32,000 bases of DNA from Ruminococcus albus 7 = DSM 20455 (GTDB taxonomy: Bacteria; Bacillota; Clostridia; Oscillospirales; Ruminococcaceae): the NCBI RefSeq assembly GCF_000179635.2, contig NC_014825.1:30001-62000 (forward strand). The letters run 5' to 3'. Made by a program: the position numbers and the translations under genes. The notes beneath the pieces were generated by a model, which worked only from the letters and a program-made list of their open reading frames with translations, did not search any database and was not told the origin of the DNA. This document shows positions 30,210-32,000 of the stretch, piece after piece; position 1 is the first letter of the stretch, and every line of letters begins with the position of its first letter.

Positions 30210-32000
30210 TTATTTATCCCAGCCAAGTGCTTTTCTCTTGGCTTTCATATCAGCAACTATCTTTTCGCCCAGCTTAACAGGGTCTGTATCAACGTTCATT
30301 GAAGAACCGAGCGTTTCCAGCGTACCGTATTTTAAAAATTCGATAACGTTCTTAGAACCGTATATCTGCGCTTCAACACAGTGATATGAGCTTATGCCGT
30401 TGAGCCTGAAACCGAGTGCCGCATCAATGCCCTTTTCGTTGCCCCATTCAGGCGATGAAAAAGCAAAGGGCATTTCATACATCTTATGTCCCAATGCACC
30501 TGCGATACCCGCAAATATCCCCGATGAACGTGTATTATCGATACATTCGCCAACGTGCCATACAGGCGGAAGATCAGGTTCCAGGAACTTCCTCAGACTT
30601 TCACCTGCCTTATCCTTACCAGATACTGCACAGTATCCCAGTTTCATCAGCGGGAAGGATGCACAGCCGTTTGAAAGGATCAGCACATTATTTTTAAGCA
30701 GAACGTCAGCTACGTCAACTATACATTTCTCATAAAGCACCTTGGGATTGTTGCAGCCAACCATATTGACAACGCCCAGTATCCTGCCATCCTTTATAGC
30801 CTCTGCGATAGGACCGAAACCACCGAATCTTCTGCAAAGGTACTCCACCGAGAATCCGACCTCTGCCTCGACCTCGTATGGCGGTATGTAAACGGGTATA
30901 CCCTTTCTCGCCTCAAAGCTCTCAATGGCGCGGCGGACTATCTTCTCTGCCAGTGCCTTTGTTTCGTCTATATTTGAATGGTGATGATCATATTCATACC
31001 TTTCAGCCCCGGGTAGTCTTGCAGACTCCGATGTTGTAACTACTACCGTCTTGAAGCAGTGAGCTACTTCCATTATTGATGGGAAAACATCCTGTACATC
31101 AGCTACCCAGAGGTCAAGTGCACCCGTACCCAGTACCAGCTCAGCTGATACAGCATTCGATAAGGGTACCACACCTGCATAACGGTACATCGCAGAAAGA
31201 CCCGAACAGCATATACCGTAAAAACGTATGCCCTTTGCGCCCTTTGACTTTGCAAGCTCTATCAGGTCATCACGCTTGCCTGCTTCAACTATCTGGCTTA
31301 CCAGCAGCGGAAGATGACCGTGTACCGCAATATTAACATAGCCCTTTTCCAGAGCACCTATATTCACCTTCGATGTAACTCTGTCGCCCACACCGAAAAG
31401 GCTGTCCGTCGCTATAGAAGCACCAACAACTCCGGAGAATGTAAAAGCAAGACCGCATCTTAAAAACTGCTGCATCACCGAACGCCAGTCGCCGTCTGTT
31501 GCACAACCCGATTTATGATAAGCCTCAAAAACCTCATGATATGCGCTTATGGGAAGTATGTCCAGATCCTTCCATACCTCCTGTCTTTCAGGTGCGGCAC
31601 AGGCTGAAATAGTCTTGTACTCATCGGGCACAGTTCTTGAAAGATCTTCAAGCAGTGCATCCGCAAGATCTCTAGCAACATTTTTAAGCTGACGGTTCTT
31701 CTGCTTGATACCGAAAGCTTCCGCAGTTGAGCGTATCTTCTGCTCACCGAGTATGGGAACATCAAGCTTTCCCTCAGCCGCCCATTTCAGTGCAAGCATT
31801 ACCTCTCTGGCGTGCATACCGTGCTGAGCAGCGCCTGCCGCCGCAGAACGCAGCAAGTTTCTCGCAACGATAAGATCGGCATCCGCACCACAGACACCCT
31901 TAGGTGCTTTAGCAGTGATCCTGCAGGGACCCATATTACATATCTTGCAGCATATACCAGCAAGCCCGAAATTACACTGAGGCTTCTGTTTATCAAAACG
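30210..32000 (-). CDS. cooS: anaerobic Ni-dependent carbon-monoxide dehydrogenase catalytic subunit (5' end outside the window)
   Basis: The frame stays open to 32000 and reads RFDKQKPQCNFGLAGICCKICNMGPCRI, the CooS N-terminal Cys motif. Further CooS-like stretches include IAVHGHLP, FYGICCSG, MVGCNNP, SNGCASF and HVGECIDN. Confidence 0.92.
   Translation of the reverse strand, partial: RFDKQKPQCNFGLAGICCKICNMGPCRITAKAPKGVCGADADLIVARNLLRSAAAGAAQHGMHAREVMLALKWAAEGKLDVPILGEQKIRSTAEAFGIKQKNRQLKNVARDLADALLEDLSRTVPDEYKTISACAAPERQEVWKDLDILPISAYHEVFEAYHKSGCATDGDWRSVMQQFLRCGLAFTFSGVVGASIATDSLFGVGDRVTSKVNIGALEKGYVNIAVHGHLPLLVSQIVEAGKRDDLIELAKSKGAKGIRFYGICCSGLSAMYRYAGVVPLSNAVSAELVLGTGALDLWVADVQDVFPSIMEVAHCFKTVVVTTSESARLPGAERYEYDHHHSNIDETKALAEKIVRRAIESFEARKGIPVYIPPYEVEAEVGFSVEYLCRRFGGFGPIAEAIKDGRILGVVNMVGCNNPKVLYEKCIVDVADVLLKNNVLILSNGCASFPLMKLGYCAVSGKDKAGESLRKFLEPDLPPVWHVGECIDNTRSSGIFAGIAGALGHKMYEMPFAFSSPEWGNEKGIDAALGFRLNGISSYHCVEAQIYGSKNVIEFLKYGTLETLGSSMNVDTDPVKLGEKIVADMKAKRKALGWDK

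Overview
The window looks like a chromosomal segment of a Clostridia-like Firmicute, judged from AGGAGG-type Shine-Dalgarno (SD) sites, extended -10 promoters and gene content. 23 of 25 gene-like loci are on the minus strand.

Core genes, in coordinate order:
- coaD and rsmD
- two SDR oxidoreductases
- a csoR-copA copper operon
- addB-addA
- a split cobalamin-dependent methionine synthase (a separate activation-domain gene plus the metH core)
- cooS (Ni-CO dehydrogenase), whose 5' end runs off the window at 32000

Accessory or odd content:
1. 3.0-8.8 kb: an island of orphan genes, including an 809-aa protein with a divergent C-terminal TerD domain and seven near-identical 57-bp in-frame repeats.
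2. copA: a C-terminal CopZ-like domain that keeps its own in-frame SD and ATG.
3. 12.6-12.72 kb: GC-rich direct repeats abutting the copper promoter.
4. 23.6-24.5 kb: a decayed flavodoxin/DUF4405 gene pair.
5. 24.8-26.4 kb: a 515-aa sigma-70/ECF-like protein with a long C-terminal extension. Its promoter region carries CAGAA-N-TTCTG palindromes, and the same motif sits in the promoter of the orphan gene at 8186.
6. 27.3-28.1 kb: an 830-nt gene-free gap containing a GC-rich, hairpin-dense segment that I propose as a candidate structured RNA.
7. 29.5-30.2 kb: two paralogous, translationally coupled small membrane proteins co-transcribed with cooS.

I found no rRNA, tRNA, CRISPR array, transposase, integrase or canonical defence-system gene. 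My best candidates for something undescribed are items 1, 5, 6 and 7. All functional calls rest on motif recognition by eye; no database search was possible.
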